Source: Felis catus | Taxonomy: Eukaryota | Assembly (NCBI RefSeq): GCF_018350175.1 | Contig: NC_058368.1 | Coordinates: 33,296,001 to 33,360,000, forward strand | DNA length: 64,000 nucleotides | Direction of reading: 5' to 3' | Part shown: one piece after another, positions 37,201-51,287 of the stretch | Layout: every line of letters begins with the position of its first letter | Position numbering within the stretch: the stretch's first letter is position 1 | The notes under the pieces: generated by a model | What the model was told of the DNA's origin: nothing | Databases searched by the model: none | What the model saw: the letters and a program-made list of their open reading frames with translations, nothing else | Translations under genes and position numbers: made by a program

Positions 37201-39107
37201 ACTAATGACTAGTAATTACAAATGCTGCCATATGTTAAATTCTCATAATATTTTGGTTTATCATGTAAATATGAGCTGACTATGATTTAGCCACACTTAA
37301 TGAATATAACATAATATACCTCAATTTCTTTCTATCTTAACAGAAAACTTTAGCTGCTATTGAAGTCCATGAAATCTCAAACAGTCTTCTCTGTGTGTTT
37401 TTTTTTTTTTGTTTTTTTTTTTTTTTTTGAGCCCTTGTCTTAAGTTATATCTTGGTCATTCTGACCTTATTCTTTATGTTGTGAAGGCAGCCATCTTTGG
37501 AGGGTAGCATGGAACTTTCTACTTTGGAGATTCTCACATTTTCAAACGTTTTTCCCTCGCAGGCCACTTTGTTTAGGATAGATATATGATGATACACCTT
37601 TTAAAAAATGTTTTCCTTAACATTCTCAAAAGAGAATCTTTTTATTTCCCCCATGTTCACAGAAACTTCTGTATTTCCTAGCATTAAAGACCCACAGGCA
37701 TAAAGATTTAGTAAAATATGCGTAGGGAAATTTCTGGCAAAAAAAAAAAATTCAGCACTTTTTTTCAGCAGGTTTTGAAAATAATTTTAAAGTAATTTTG
37801 TTGTAAAAACATTTTGCTGATGTAAATATAGCACAATATACAATGGAATTCTGTAGTAAAGTATAAGTTTTATGTAAGCATTAATATTATACTAGCACTG
37901 AAAAATAATTTAAGGTTATGTAGTCAAAAATAATACATGTATTTGTGTACTGGTAAATACTAGGCAACAAAACCCTGTATAAGCTAATACTGTAATATAT
38001 TTGAGTAATGATGGTAACTAGAACGCAAGACATAATATACAATAAATTTGAATGAATTTCTATATAGCATATGCAGACAAGGTAAATATGAGTAAAAATT
38101 CATACAAAGCAAGCAGCAAAATATAATAAATTTTAATGAATTCCTATATAGTTAGCCTCAGTACAAGTAGACAAACAAATATTTCAGTAAGAGTTTTCAG
38201 TGCATAAAAAATCATGTATTTTGAAGGAATTCTAAGGGCAGGCCCGTGCATTCAGTGAAAGTAAATAGTACTAAATAATAGTATACTACAAGCAGTAGGA
38301 AGTATTTAATGTTTATTAGTAGCAGGTGTTAAGGGATAGCATATCTTTAAAATAATCAGCAATAAAATTCTTTAAAAGCTGTCTCAAAGGTTTCAGTCTT
38401 CATTTTCAAGATCTAAGAAATCATATCAGCAAAGCCAAGTCACCATATCATTAAGGCCTGAAGCTAGAGTTGTAAACAAGCCTTTCTAATCAAAGAATTT
38501 TATAGCAGGGTCTCATAGAGTATCTACACACCTTTTTCAGATCTGTCCTCCCCCTCAAACTCTTTCATTCAGCATCCAAGATTTGGACAGTGAGGAGTAT
38601 GCACAATTAACCAGACTTAGCATGGCAATCTATGTTTGTTAAAAAAAATAGCCATTTGATGTAACATAATTTTTATTTCTTTTTTTTTTCTGGGTGGGAG
38701 GAGATTCCATTTCCATAATTGTAAATTACATATTTATACTAACACTCATGATGTCAGTTTTTTGACACTCAGATTTTGAAAAGCTTCAGATGTCTGGATC
38801 AAATATGGAATGGCCCCCATGCACATAGAGGGAACTAAACCTTTTTGTCTTCATGTGTGGTAGCAAACTCAGTATGTCTTTAAAGCTTGCAACTGTGTAT
38901 TACTTATATGCTAATAGAATCCAGCATTTAGAGCTGAGCACAGGACTACAGGTGCTGTGCCTTTCCTGTTATTGGAGTCGCAGAGAATGGGGCAGAGGAG
39001 CCACTAACCCAGAGAATCTATAAGAGATCATAGGGACATTCATTCCATCAATGTGGGTGAGTTCATTCCATCAACTTGGATGAACTTGCTGTCCCGTCCT
39101 TCATTTT

Positions 39108-39338
39108 TTAAAAATTCTTTTTAATGTTTAATTTATTTTTGAGAGAGAGAGAGAGACAGAGAAGAGACAGAGTGTGAGGAGGGGAGGGGCAGAGAGAGAG
39201 GGAGACCCAGAATCTGAAGCAGGCTCCAGGCTCTGAGCTGTCAGCACAAGCCCGATGCAGGGCTTGAACCCACAAACCGTGAGATCATGACCAGACCCAA
39301 AGTCAGACACCTAGCCGACTGAGCCACCCAGGCACCCC
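39108..39338 (-). mobile_element. CanSINE
   Basis: TSD CCGTCCTTCATTTTT at ~39094 and ~39340. Confidence 0.96.
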
Positions 39339-41727
39339 TCCGTCCTTCATTTTTGTATAATACTTGCCTAAGATAGAAGACCCTTGAGCAACAATCACTT
39401 ATTCACTAACATTTTCTTGCAGTTTGTACAAGCATGTATTGACCTGGTTCCCTTGTCACAGTTCTCTGTTTGCTGTACAAGAAACATCTCTTACTGGCTT
39501 CTGCATCTCCATTGCTGAAATTGTCATGGTTAGAAGAGATACTAAAACTGCTCTGTATCTACAGAGCCTCTCCCAAGTAAACAGACCCCCCCCCCACTGT
39601 GATTGTTAATCATGATACTAAGTATATTTTTTAAATAAATACAAGACGCTCTTCTATTTTAAAACTGTTGCCATGCTGAGGATTCTACCTGACAATCCTG
39701 CTTGGTGTAGATAGCCCATCTGTCACAGGCAGCAACTAGACTGCCACCTAGAGTAGATGGCTTTATGCTACTGAGTTCTTAGGTCAAGCCGAGCCCTAAA
39801 CCATGGGTATAATTGAGTAAATATTTATGCTAAGAAAATTTTAACTGTCCTGCTTTCCCAAGATCCATCACGGAAAACAGAGTCACAGTCCTTCTCATGG
39901 TATGGCTCATCTTTCACTAAGAGAATTTTAAGGAGTGAAAAGACCTTAAAACATTCATATATTTATTCATTTCAAAAATGGGTTTATATGATAAGAATAT
40001 AAACTATTTTCTATTTATTTCAAACACTGTTTTTTCACTAGACATACCAGGTAACAGATTAATAATAGAATACACCAAAAAAATATAGAATACCTCTTAT
40101 TCTGTAAACAAGTAATACAACCTTATATATGATTCTTCTTAACTGTCTCCTGGGCAGGGCTGAGTAGATTCTTCCTGCTGATTCATAGGGGGTAGGGATG
40201 GGGTTAGCAGAGACTGCCAAATTATTTTGACAGAATGGATTCTTTCTTTTTCTAGAATAATATTCAACAAGTTTTTCATGAGAATATATGCAGCACACTG
40301 GGTTAAATATTGTATGGATCTAGGAGTAAATGGCACGCATATTGGAGTCATTATAATTAAGACAGGGTTATAAAGATTAAACATCTGTGAGTACATATAA
40401 AAGGAGTAGATAAACAGGCTGGTTGGAGAACCTTCATAGGAAAGCAAGTTTTGAATTAGTTTCTAGTAGAAAAGATGGAAAGGAATTGTCAGAAATGTGG
40501 AATAATATATTTTATTTAGAGCAATAACATGAAGAAGTGCATTTCAGGACATAGTAAATTGTAGAAGACAGATTTATATAGAAGCATATTTTCCAGTAGG
40601 TATGCTTTGATAAAACATTCACTAAGGATGATATTTTTCCTAAATTTAGCTCTCTCTTAGTTTGCAGCAAAATCTATGTTAATATGTCTTGTTCTATTCT
40701 TACCAAACTGCATTAATATTTTATTGATCACTTCAGAAGAAATGAAAGTAGCACCTTCTTTACAAGGAATAAGACTCAATTTTACCCATTAAGTAGCATA
40801 ATGCTGGTTTTGAGAACCAATGAATGATGTGGGAACATTTGTATCTGAAAAAGACAATTGACTGTGGAAAGGCATGGAGAAATCTGTATCCTATATTTGG
40901 GTGAGAAAAAAATAATTAACAGTATAGCTCTCAAGCACCTTCAGTCTGTTATTTGGATGTCTCTTGAAATAAATCTAATCAGTAGATAATATTTGAAACA
41001 AACACCCAATAACTTAATACTTTTAGCATATAAAACACATTTTGCAATTAACAATAATATGAATATTTTAAGATATAACTACATAATGATTACACTTCAA
41101 AAATTCAAAAGAAAAAAATAGCTAATAAGTATATAAGACATTTTCAATTTCAATAGTAATCAAATAAATCCAAGTAAAACTGAAATGAGATCACTAAATT
41201 ATTGAAAACCTGAATATTTAAGAAAATGATAATACTCAGTGTTGACAGAGTAGTGAAAGGAGAGTTTTTTATGAAGCTGGTGGCAGACGTATCTGCAGAG
41301 TTTTTCAGCTGAGCCTAACATGAAAACTCAACTACCAGAGACTAACAGATAGGTGTTGAGGTCTCATGAGGGACAGAGACTGAGGTCAGGCTGTTGAGGA
41401 CAGTATCACAACCCAAAGATGGTACCCACTAGGAATCTCAGTTCTCGTTTCCTTTTCCCACTCTAGTGTCCATGTTTTGTCTTTCTCTTCATGTTTTCTT
41501 TTTTTTTTTAATACATGAAATTTATTGTCAAATTAGTTTCCATACAATACCCAGTGTTCATCCCAAAAGATGCCCTCTTCAATGCCCATCACCCATTCTC
41601 CCCTCCTTCCCACCCCCCATCAACCCTCAGTTTGTTCTCTTTTTAAGAGTCTCTTATGCTTTGCCTCTCTCTCACTCTAACCTGTTTTTTTTTCCTTCCC
41701 CTCCCCCATGGGTTTCTGTTAAGTTTC

Positions 41728-44700
41728 TCAGGATCCACATAAGAGTGAAAACATATGGTATCTGTCTTTCTCTGTATGGCTTATTTCACTTAGCATAACA
41801 CTCTCCACTTCCATCCATATTGTTACAAAGGGCCACATTTCATTCTTTCTTATTGCTACGTAGTACTCCATTCTGTATATGAACCACAATTTCTTTATCC
41901 ATTCATCAGTTGATGGACATTTAGGCTTTTTCCACAATTTGGCTATTGTTGAGAGTGCTGCTATAAACATTGGGGTACAAGTGCCCCTATGCATCAGTAC
42001 TCCTGTATCCCTTGGGTAAATTCCTAGCAGTGCTACTGCTGGGTCATAGGGTAGGTCTATTTTTAATTTTCTGAGGAACCTCCACACTGTTTTCCAGAGT
42101 GGCTGCACCAATTTGCATTCCCACCAACAGTGCAAGAGGGTTCCCACTTCTCCACATCCTCACCAGCATCTATAGTCTCCTGATTTGTTCATATTGGCCA
42201 CTCTGACTGGTGTGAGGTGATATTTGAGTGTGGTTTTGATTTGTATTTCCCTGATGAGGAGCGGCGTTGAACATCTTTGCATGTGCCTGTTGGCCATCCG
42301 GATGTCTTCTTTAGAGAAGTGTCTATTCATGTTTTCTGCCCATTTCTTCACTGGATTATTTGTTTTTCGGGTGTGGAGTTTGGTGGGCTCTTTATAGATT
42401 TTGGATACTAGCCCTTTGTCTGATATGTCATTTGCAAATATATTTTCCCATTCCATTGGTTGCCTTTTAGTTTTGTTGGTTGTTTCCTTTGCTGTGCAGA
42501 AGCTTTTTATCGTCATGAGATCCCAATAGTTCATTTTTGCTTTTAATTCCCTTGTCTTTGGGGATGTGTCAAGTCAGAAATTGCTGCGGCTGAGGTCAGA
42601 GAGGTCTTTTCCTGCTTTCTCCTCTAGGGTTTTGATGGTTTCCTGTCTCACATTCAGGTCCTTTATCCATTTTGAGTTTATTTTTGTGAATGGTATAAGA
42701 AAGAGGTCTAGTTTCAACCTTCTGCATGTTGCTGTCCAGGTCTGCCAGCACCATTTGTTAAAGAACTGTCTTTTTTCCATTGGATGTTCTTTCCTGCTTT
42801 GTCAAAGATTAGTTGGCCATACTTTTGTGGATCTAGTTCTGGGGTTTCTATTCTATTCCATTGGTCTATGTGTTTGTTTTTGTGCCAGTACCATGCTGTC
42901 TTGATGATTACAGCTTTGTAGTAGAGGCTAAAGTCTGGGATTGTGAAGCCTCCCGCTTTGGTCTTCTTCAAAATTACTTTGTCTATTCAGTGCCTTTTGT
43001 GGTTCCATATGAATTTTGGGATTGCTTGTTCTAGCTTTGAGAAGAATGCTGGTGCAATTTTGATTGGGATTGCATTGAATGTGTACATAGCTTTGGGTAG
43101 TATTGACATTTTAACAATATTTATTCTTCCAACCCATGAGCACAGAATGTTTTTCCATTTCATTATATCTTCTTCAATTTCCTTCATAAGCTTTCTATAG
43201 TTTTCAGCGTACAGATCTTTTACATCTTTGGTTAGGTTTATTCCTAGGTATTTTATGCTTCTTGGTGCAATTGTGAATGGGATCAGTTTCTTTATTTGCC
43301 TTTCTGTTGCTTCATTATTAGTGTATAAGAATGCACTGATTAAGAATGTACTGATTTCTGTACATTGATTTTGTGTCCTGCGACCTTGCTGAATTCATGT
43401 ATCAGTTCTAGCAGACTTCTGGTGGAGTCTATAGGATTGTCCATGTATAATATCATGTCATCTGCAAAAAGTGAAAGCTTGACTTCATCTTTGCCAATTT
43501 TGATGCCTTTGATTTCCTTTTGTTGTCTGATCGCTGATGCTAGCACTTCCAACACTATGTTAAACAACAGCAGTGAGAGTGGACATCCCTGTCGTGTTCC
43601 TGATCTCAGGGGGAGCGCTCTCAGTTTTTCCCTTTTGAGGATGATATTAGCCGTGGGCTTTTCATAAATGGCTTTTATGATGTTTAAGTGTGTTCCTTCT
43701 ATCCCGACTTTCTCAAGGGTTTTTATTAAGAAAGGGGGCTGAATTTTGTCAAAGCCCTTTTCTGCATCGATTGACAGGATCATATGGTTCTTATCTTTTC
43801 TTTTATTAATGTCATGTATCACATTGATTGATTTGCGAATGTTGAACCAGCCCTGCATCCCGGGAATGAATCCCACTTGATCATGGTGACTAATTCTTTT
43901 TATAAGCTGTTGAATTCAATTTGCTAGTATCTTATTGAGAATTTTTTCATCCATATTCATCAGGGATATTGGCCTGTAGTTCTCTTTTTTACTCGGTCTC
44001 TGGTTTGGAATCAAAGTAATACTGGCTTCATAGAATGAGTCTGGATGTTTTCCATCCCTTTCTATTTTTTGGAATAGCTTGAGAAGAAGGATAGGTACTG
44101 TCTCTGCTTTAAATGTCTGCTAGAATTCCCCAGGGAAGCCATTTGGTCCTGGACTCTTATTTGTTGGTAGATTTTTGATAACTAATTCAATTTCCTCACT
44201 GTTTATGGGTCTGTTCGAGCTTTCTATTTCTTCCTGTTTGAATTTGGAAGTGTGTGGGTGTTTAGGAATTTGTCCATTTCTTCCAGGTTGTCCAGTTTGT
44301 TGGCATATAATTTTTCATAGTATTCCCTGATAATTCTTGTATTTCTGAGGGATTGGTTGTAATAATTCCATTTTCATTCATGATTTTATCTATTTGGGTC
44401 ATCTCCCTTTTCTTTTTGAGAAGCCTGGCTAGAAGTTTATCAATTTTGTTTATTTTTTCAAAAAACCAACTCTTGGTTTCGTTGATCTGCTCTACAGTTT
44501 TTTTAGATTCTATTTTGTTTATTCCTGCTCTGATCTTTATGATTTCTCTTCTTCTGCTGGGGTTAGGCTGTCTTTGCTGCTCTGCTTCTATTTCCTTTAA
44601 GTGTGCTGTTAGATTTTGTATTTGGGATTTTTCTTGTTCCTTGAGATAGGCCTGGATTGCAATGTATTTTCCTCTCAGCACTGCGTTCACTGCATCCCAA

Positions 44701-45559
44701 AGCGTTTGGATTGTTGTATTTTCATTTTTGTTTGTTTCCATATATTTTTAAATTTCTTCTCTAATTGCCTGGTTGGCCCAATCATTCTTTAGTAGGGTGT
44801 TCTTTAACCTCCATGCTTTTGGAGGTTTTCCAGACTTTTTTCTGTGGTTGATTTCAAGCTTCATAGCATTGCGGTCTGAAAGTATGCATGGTATGATTTC
44901 AATTCTTATAAACTTATGAAGGTCTGTTTTGTGACCCAGTATGTGATCTATCTTGGAGAATGTTCCATGTGCACTCGAGAAGAAATTATATTCTGTTGCT
45001 TTGGGATGCAGAATTCTAAATACATCTGTCAAGTCCATCTGATCCAATGTGTCATTCAGGGCCCTTGTTTCTTTATTGACCATGTGTCTAGATGATCTTT
45101 CCATTGTTGTAAGTAGGGTATTAAAGTCCCCTGCAATTACCACATTCTTGTCAATAAGGTTGCTTATGTTTCTGAGTAATTGTTTTATATATTTGGGGGC
45201 TCCCGTATTTGGCGCATAGACATTTATAATTGTTAGTTCTTCCTGATGGATAGACCCTGTAATGATTATATAATGCTCTTCTTCATCTCTTGTTACAGCC
45301 TTTAATTGAAAGTCTAGGTTGTCTGATATAAGTATGGCTACTCCAGCTTTCTTTTGACTTCCACTAGCATGATAAATAATTCTCCATCCCCTCACTTTCA
45401 ATCTGAAAGTGTCCTCAGGTCTAAAATGAGTCTCTTGTAGACAGCAAATAGATGAGTCTTGTTTTTTTTTATCCATTCTGATACCCTATGTCTTGTGGTT
45501 GGCGTATTTAGTCCATTTACATTCAGTGTTATTATGGAAAGATACGGGTTTAGAGTCAT
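41728..45559 (-). pseudogene. L1 ORF2p (endonuclease + reverse transcriptase), broken by multiple stops and frameshifts
   Basis: EN motifs TLNVNGLN, CCLQETH, GDFN, SKIDH. RT motifs [18 protein letters not shown]. Cys-rich end RCW...[15 protein letters not shown]. Confidence 0.96.
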
Positions 45560-45609
45560 TGTAATATCTGTAGGTTTCATGCTTGTAGCGATGTCTCTGG
45601 TACTTTGTC

Positions 45610-46504
45610 TCACAGGATCCCCCTTAGGATCTCTTGTAGGGCTGGTTGAGTGGTGACAAATTCCTTCAGTTTTTGTTTGTTTGGGAAGACCTTTATCTTT
45701 CCTTCTATTCTAAATGACAGACTTGCTGGATAGAGGATTCTCAGCTGCATATTTTTTCTGTTCATCACATTGAGGATTTCCTGCCATTCCTTTCTGGCCT
45801 GCCAAGTTTCAGTAGAGAGATCCATCACTAGTCTTATCGGTCTCCTTTTATATACTAGAGCACGTTTATCCCTAGCTGCTTTCAGAATTTTATCTTTATC
45901 CTTGTATTTTGCCAGTTTCATTATGATATGTTGTGTAGAAGATCGATTCAATTTACGTCTGAAGGGAGTTCTCTGTGCCTCTTGGATTTCAATGACTTTT
46001 TCCTTCCCCAGATCAGGGGAGTTCTCAGTTATGATTTCTTCAAGTACACCTTCAGCACCTTTCCCTCTCTCTTCCTCCTCTGGAATACAATTATGTGTAG
46101 ATTATTTCTCTTTAGTGCATCACTTAGTTCTCTAATTTTCCCCTCATGCTCCTGGATTTTTTTTACTCTCTTTTTCTCAGCTTCTTCTTTTTCCATAATT
46201 TTATCTTCTAGTTCACCTATTCTCTCGTTGCCTCTTCAATCCGAGCTGTGGTCCTCTCCATTTTATTTTGCAGCTCATTAATAGCATTTTTTTTTAGCTC
46301 CTCCTGGCTGTTGCTTATTCCCTTGATCTCTGTAGCAATAGAGTCTCTGCTGTCCTCTATACTGTTTTCAAGCCTAGCGATTAATTTTATGACTATTATT
46401 CTAAATTCACTTTCTGTTATATTGTTTAAATCCTTTTTGATCAGTTCATTAGCTGTTGTTATTTTCTGGACGTTTTTCTGAGGGGAATTCTTCCGTTTGG
46501 TCAC
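45610..46504 (-). pseudogene. L1 ORF1p (RNA-binding chaperone), frameshifted
   Basis: ORF pieces 'TKRKNSPQK...ITESEFRIIVIKLI' and 'HIIMKLAKYKDKDKILKAAR...LYPASLSFRIEG...PALQEILRGIL'. Start codon reads GTG. Confidence 0.92.
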
Positions 46505-47397
46505 ATTGGATAGTCCCTGGAGTGGTGCAGGACTGTGGGGGCACTCCCCTGTGCTGTCTTGAATAACTTGTGTTGGTGGGCGGGGCCGCAGTCAGACCTG
46601 ATGTCTGCCCCCAGCCCACTGCTGGGGCCACAGTCAGACTTGTGTATGCCTTCTCTTCCCCTCTCCTGGGGGCAGAATTCACTGTGGGGTGGCTTGGCCC
46701 ATCTGGGCTACTTGCATACTGCCAGGCTTGTGGTGCTGGGGATCTGGCGTATTAGCTGCGGTGGATCGGCAAAGTGCTCAGGGTGGGAGGGGCAGGGCCA
46801 GCTCGCTTTTCCTTGTATGATCCACTTCCGGAGGGGCTCTGCGGCACTGGGAGGGAGTCAGACCCCCCGGAGGGATCCTCAGAAGCACAGCATTGGGTGT
46901 TTGCATGGTGCAAGCAAGTTCCCTCACAGGAACCGGTTCCCTTTGGGAATTTGGCTGGGGGATGGGCGAGGCAGATGGCGCTGGCGAGCGCCTTTGTTCC
47001 CCGCTGAGCTGCTCTGTCTTCCAGGGCTCAACAACTCTTCCTCCTGTTGTCCTCCAGCCCTCCAGCTCTCCGAGCAGAGCTGTTAACTTATAACCTTCCA
47101 GATGTTAAGTCCCGCTTGCTGTCAGAACACACTGCGTCCGGCCCCTCCATTTTTGCAAACCAGACTTGGGGGCTCTGCCTTGCCGCCGGCTGCCCCTCAG
47201 CCCCGGCTCCCTCCTGCCAGTCCGTGTAGCGTGCACCACCTCTCCCCCTTCCTACCCTCTTCCTTGGGCCTCTCGTCTGCGCTTGGCTCGCAGAATCCAT
47301 TCTGCTAGTCTTCAGGCGATATTCTGGGTTATTTAGGCAGGTGTGGGTGGAATCTAAGTGATCTTCAGGACACGGTCAGCCCAGTGTCCTCCTACCC

Positions 47398-47406
47398 CGC
47401 CATCTT
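47398..47406 (-). promoter_or_regulatory. YY1 site of the L1 internal promoter
   Basis: AAGATGGCG on the minus strand, just inside the L1 5' end where L1 YY1 sites normally lie. Confidence 0.75.
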
Positions 47407-49091
47407 CCCAGAAGTCCTCTCTCCTCTTCATGGTTTTAAGATCACATGACAGATACAGCAGAATTTTCCTGCTGCGTAGATTTTTATCCATAAATACTAT
47501 CCATACTCGTTTTTATAGTGTTCAATTTTGAAACAGAATGCTATTTTATGTCTGCTATATCTCCTAAATTTTGCTATGTTAACTCAACATTGTCTTCACT
47601 TTTACTTCAGAGGTATATAGATGTTGAGTGTGGTTATAATTCATTCATCTTATTGTATGTTTCACTATAGACCTTTTCTCTGAGACTTCCATGTCTCACC
47701 TCTGTTTAGTATAATTTTCACCTACTTTCTTCTCAATACCATTAGGTCTTTCTTCTAAATTAGTAATTCTCTCTCTCTCAGGCCAAATATGCTACTGAAT
47801 ATATCACATTTGACTTTAGTTTCAATTATTTTTAGTTCTAGGCATTTTGTTTTTAATATTGATTAATAGTTACATTTCAACTCTTCTTTATAATTTTCAG
47901 CATATTACACATGTTTAACCTATTTTCTGGGACTGAGAGTTACAGTACCTGAAGTTTTGCATTCCTGATCTGTTCTTTGTCCTTGATAATTTGTATGTCT
48001 TTCCTTACATGTTTTGTGATTTCGATGATGAAATCTTTATTTATTTTGAAATGTTGCATGTTAGGTTTCTTTGAGTCTTCAAAGAGAGATAATGTCCTCA
48101 CACAGGACTTGTATGTATTTTTATCAGTTGCATAGTTGACCACTCCTGGACCCAAATAAAATAAATTCTGATCTTGGGAATTTTAGAACATCAGTAGCAG
48201 TGGTTATTTATGCTACAAGCCATATCAGAACTAGATTATGGATATAAATTCTCAGGGAAGATGATTTGATTTATTTTCACCCATTTCTACATTTTGAGAA
48301 TAGTAATTTTCATTCCAGTCCTCTAGGAGTGCTTAGTTAGAGCATATTATTTCTCATTCACTTTTGTGGGAGGATCAGTCATGTGGAAGAATAGCTTAAG
48401 AAAGATTCTTGGTAGCTGATACACCTTAATTGGCATCTCTTGGGTTGTCTGAGCCCCTGAGTCTTGTGAGAGGGACCCTGCCCTGACTCAGTTTGTGGTT
48501 GAGCATTCTTTATGTTCTTTTCAGTTTGTCAATTTATTTAAGACCTTTTCTTGTTTATCCAAGATTTTTAATGGACTTTAGCCAGATGGTCATCCAAGTA
48601 TTTAGTCTGAAATAAAACAGGAAATGGAATTGTGTGCAATACCTTAATAGAATGGAGAAATAATTAGTATTGCCTTGAAACTTAATGAAAGGTAGTAACT
48701 CTAGCCTATTAGTTAAAGGTTTAAATTGAAGTGATATTTTAATAATATATCCTAAACACATTTCATTTCATAATTCTAATATAAATTAATTTATATTTTT
48801 ATTAACTATTTTAAACCTATGATTCTTCTTAAGGAAATATTACATTATTTGTTTCAAGTAACAACCAGCTTTAATTTTCAAATGGATAGACACAAAATAT
48901 GGATTTTATTGATACTGATTTGCCGGAGTTATTCCAATCAATATCAGTCACAATCACATTATGAACGTTTATACTTAGATTAGTAGGGGGATGGGATTTA
49001 CACAATTTTGTCAAGCCCAATATCAGAGTGGTAGAATTTGTTTTAACTTGCCTGGCCAAATTTCTAGTTTTTCTTCAAAGGTAGTGAATTA

Positions 49092-49338
49092 GGGGCACCT
49101 GTGTGACTCCATCAGTTAAGTGTCTGACTCTTGATCTAGCCTCAGGTCATGATCTCATGGTTTGTGAGTTCAATCCCCACATCAGGCTGACAGTGCAGAG
49201 CTGCTTAGGATTCTGCCTCTCCCTCTCTCTGCCCCTCCCCTGCTTGCTATCTTTTTGTCTCTCTCTCAAAATAAACTTTAAAATAAGTAAGTAAATAAAT
49301 ACATAAATACATAAAAAATAAGTAAAATAAAATAAAAT
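49092..49338 (+). mobile_element. CanSINE
   Basis: TSD GTAGTG(A/G)ATTA at 49081-49091 and 49339-49349. Confidence 0.94.
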
Positions 49339-49544
49339 GTAGTGGATTAAATTTTTTTTTTAAATTATTTGGTCTAATCACATTAATGAAAACATATTTA
49401 AAAATAAAATATTTTAAAGTAAAAATAAATTTCATATATATGTAGAAAACTCAAACAATCTTAAATGGTTTTATAATGCTAGCAAGCATATTTCATAAAA
49501 AAACAATTATAAAATAAAAATTAAAAAAAAAAAAAACTTTAAAA

Positions 49545-49770
49545 GGGTGCCTGGGTGGCTCAGTTGGTTAAGCATCAACTTCGGCTCAGGTCATGATCTC
49601 ATGGTTCCTGGGTTTGAGCCCCGCATCGGGCTTTGTGCTGACAGCTTGGAGCCTGGAGCCTGCTTCAGATTCTGTGTCTCCCTCTCTCTCTGTTCCTCCC
49701 CTGCTCTCACTCTGTCTCTCTTTCTCTTAAAAATAAATAAAAATTTAAAAAAAAGTTTTTGAAAAAGAAA
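49545..49770 (+). mobile_element. CanSINE
   Basis: Head, core, CT tract and tail present. Confidence 0.94.
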
Positions 49771-50423
49771 ACACAATTATCAATACATTTTTTATATTCA
49801 GTTCCAATGTATGCAATTAACTAGTAATTTGTTATACAGAATGCATATAAATATCACAAAGAATCAAAGAAGGAATCTTTTGCATTAGCTATACTTTAGT
49901 AAAAATTAGAGTAGATTTCCATTATTAATCTACTCAGAATTTATTTAGGGAGAAATATATTAACGACCATGTAAAAGAATTATTCAGTTCTATATGGTAT
50001 CTCAGTGTCATTCAGATGAAAGACAGTGTATGAATTTACTCAGTACTCTAATGCCATTTGTTTATTGCATCTTGGTTATGGTGCCTTTCCTTTATTAGAA
50101 CCGTGCTATAGAATTCTAGAAATATGCCACAAGCAAGGCTCTGTACTTTCTGTTTTCAGGAGGAGGAACTCTACCAAAATTAATGCACTTGACCCTACTC
50201 CATCTACTTCACTCACACTTTCTCTTTCCTACTGAAATTCTGCATAAAGCTTTTATGCTGTTGAGTTTATATGAACAGATTCTCTCCTTGTGGAATGAAA
50301 GGTTATATATGTCTCACAAGGTCTGTATTTGTCTTAAAAAACTAATACTTGTGTTCAGTATACAGGAAGCCTACATACCTAACCATGTCCCCCAGCCTAT
50401 ACTTCATCAATAATTACATTCAT

Positions 50424-50635
50424 GGGGCACCTGGGTGGCTCAGTCAGTTAAGCATCTGACTTCGGCTAGGTCATGATCTCACGGTTCGTGAGTTCAAGCC
50501 CCGCATCAGGCTCTATGCTGACAGCTTGGAGCCTGGAGCCTGATTCGGATTCTGTGTCTCCCTCTCTCTCTATCCCTCCCTGACTAGTGCTCTGTCTCTC
50601 AAAAATAAATAAATGTAAAAAAAAATAAAAAAATA
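50424..50635 (+). mobile_element. CanSINE
   Basis: TSD AATAATTACATTCAT at 50409-50423 and 50636-50650. Confidence 0.96.
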
Positions 50636-51287
50636 AATAATTACATTCATATTTTTATATCTGCCATCCTTATCTTCTGTTTGTCTTGATTAGCTCTTAA
50701 TTATGGCAGGAAATGTGGTTAATATGTATTTGTTTGTTCCCTCTCTAACCCCACTATGATATTAGCACACAGAATTTTAGGACTTACTATGACTTCAGAA
50801 ATATACTAAATCTCTTATTGAAACATGATCCATTTAATTAGAAAAGAAACAGATACATTAGCATAATTCTCCAGCATCTAATTTATATATAAGAGTTACC
50901 TGAAAATAGGGAAATGTGTAAAATGACTTTCCCTGTTCATTTCATCTTACTTCTATATCTGTATCATTCTATTTTTCACAAATTATAGTAGATAGGGTCT
51001 GCTTTAGGGGAATGCCTAATTTTGTAGAAAATACAAAAAAGCTTCAAAGCTATAAAAATCCCCCCCCCAATGTTCATAAAAACCTGTTAGAAAGTATCAT
51101 AAGTGAAAGATATAATAGCTGACTGGAAATAAGTCATCTAACACTAATTTGATTTTACTTCATCTAATTATCTGATATTGTTGAGGGATTATTGTTTTTA
51201 GTAATACAAATTTTGCAAAAATCTAAATAAATTAGGTTTCCATACATTTTTTGTTACAAAATCTGTATATTCTTGGACATATTACTT

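Larger units (their letters stand above)
41498..47423 (-). mobile_element. Full-length felid L1 (L1_Fc-like, ~5.9 kb), inactivated
   Basis: 5' end GGACTTCTGGGAAGATGGCG, GC-rich 5'UTR, ORF1, ORF2, G-rich 3'UTR, AATAAA and poly(A). TSD core CTCTTCATG(G)TTTT at 41485 and 47424. Confidence 0.97.

Noticed and set aside
39039..39086. Imperfect tandem duplication of ~23 bp (TTCATTCCATCAA twice)
   Set aside because: Ordinary slippage duplication with no further structure.
39863..39899. Plus-strand exon-like segments here and near 14482, 32214, 40041, 50160 and 55990
   Set aside because: Isolated motifs with no recognisable peptide or consistent chain. They show how common pseudo-exons are here, which tempers the minus-strand candidates.
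46535..47086. 183-aa antisense ORF in the L1 5'UTR (ORF0-like idea)
   Set aside because: Non-ATG start, GC-rich sequence where stops are rare, and no recognisable motif.
48871..49059. ORF containing VTDIDWNNSGKSV (WD40-like appearance)
   Set aside because: No convincing splice sites, non-ATG start, and the similarity is too short to support.
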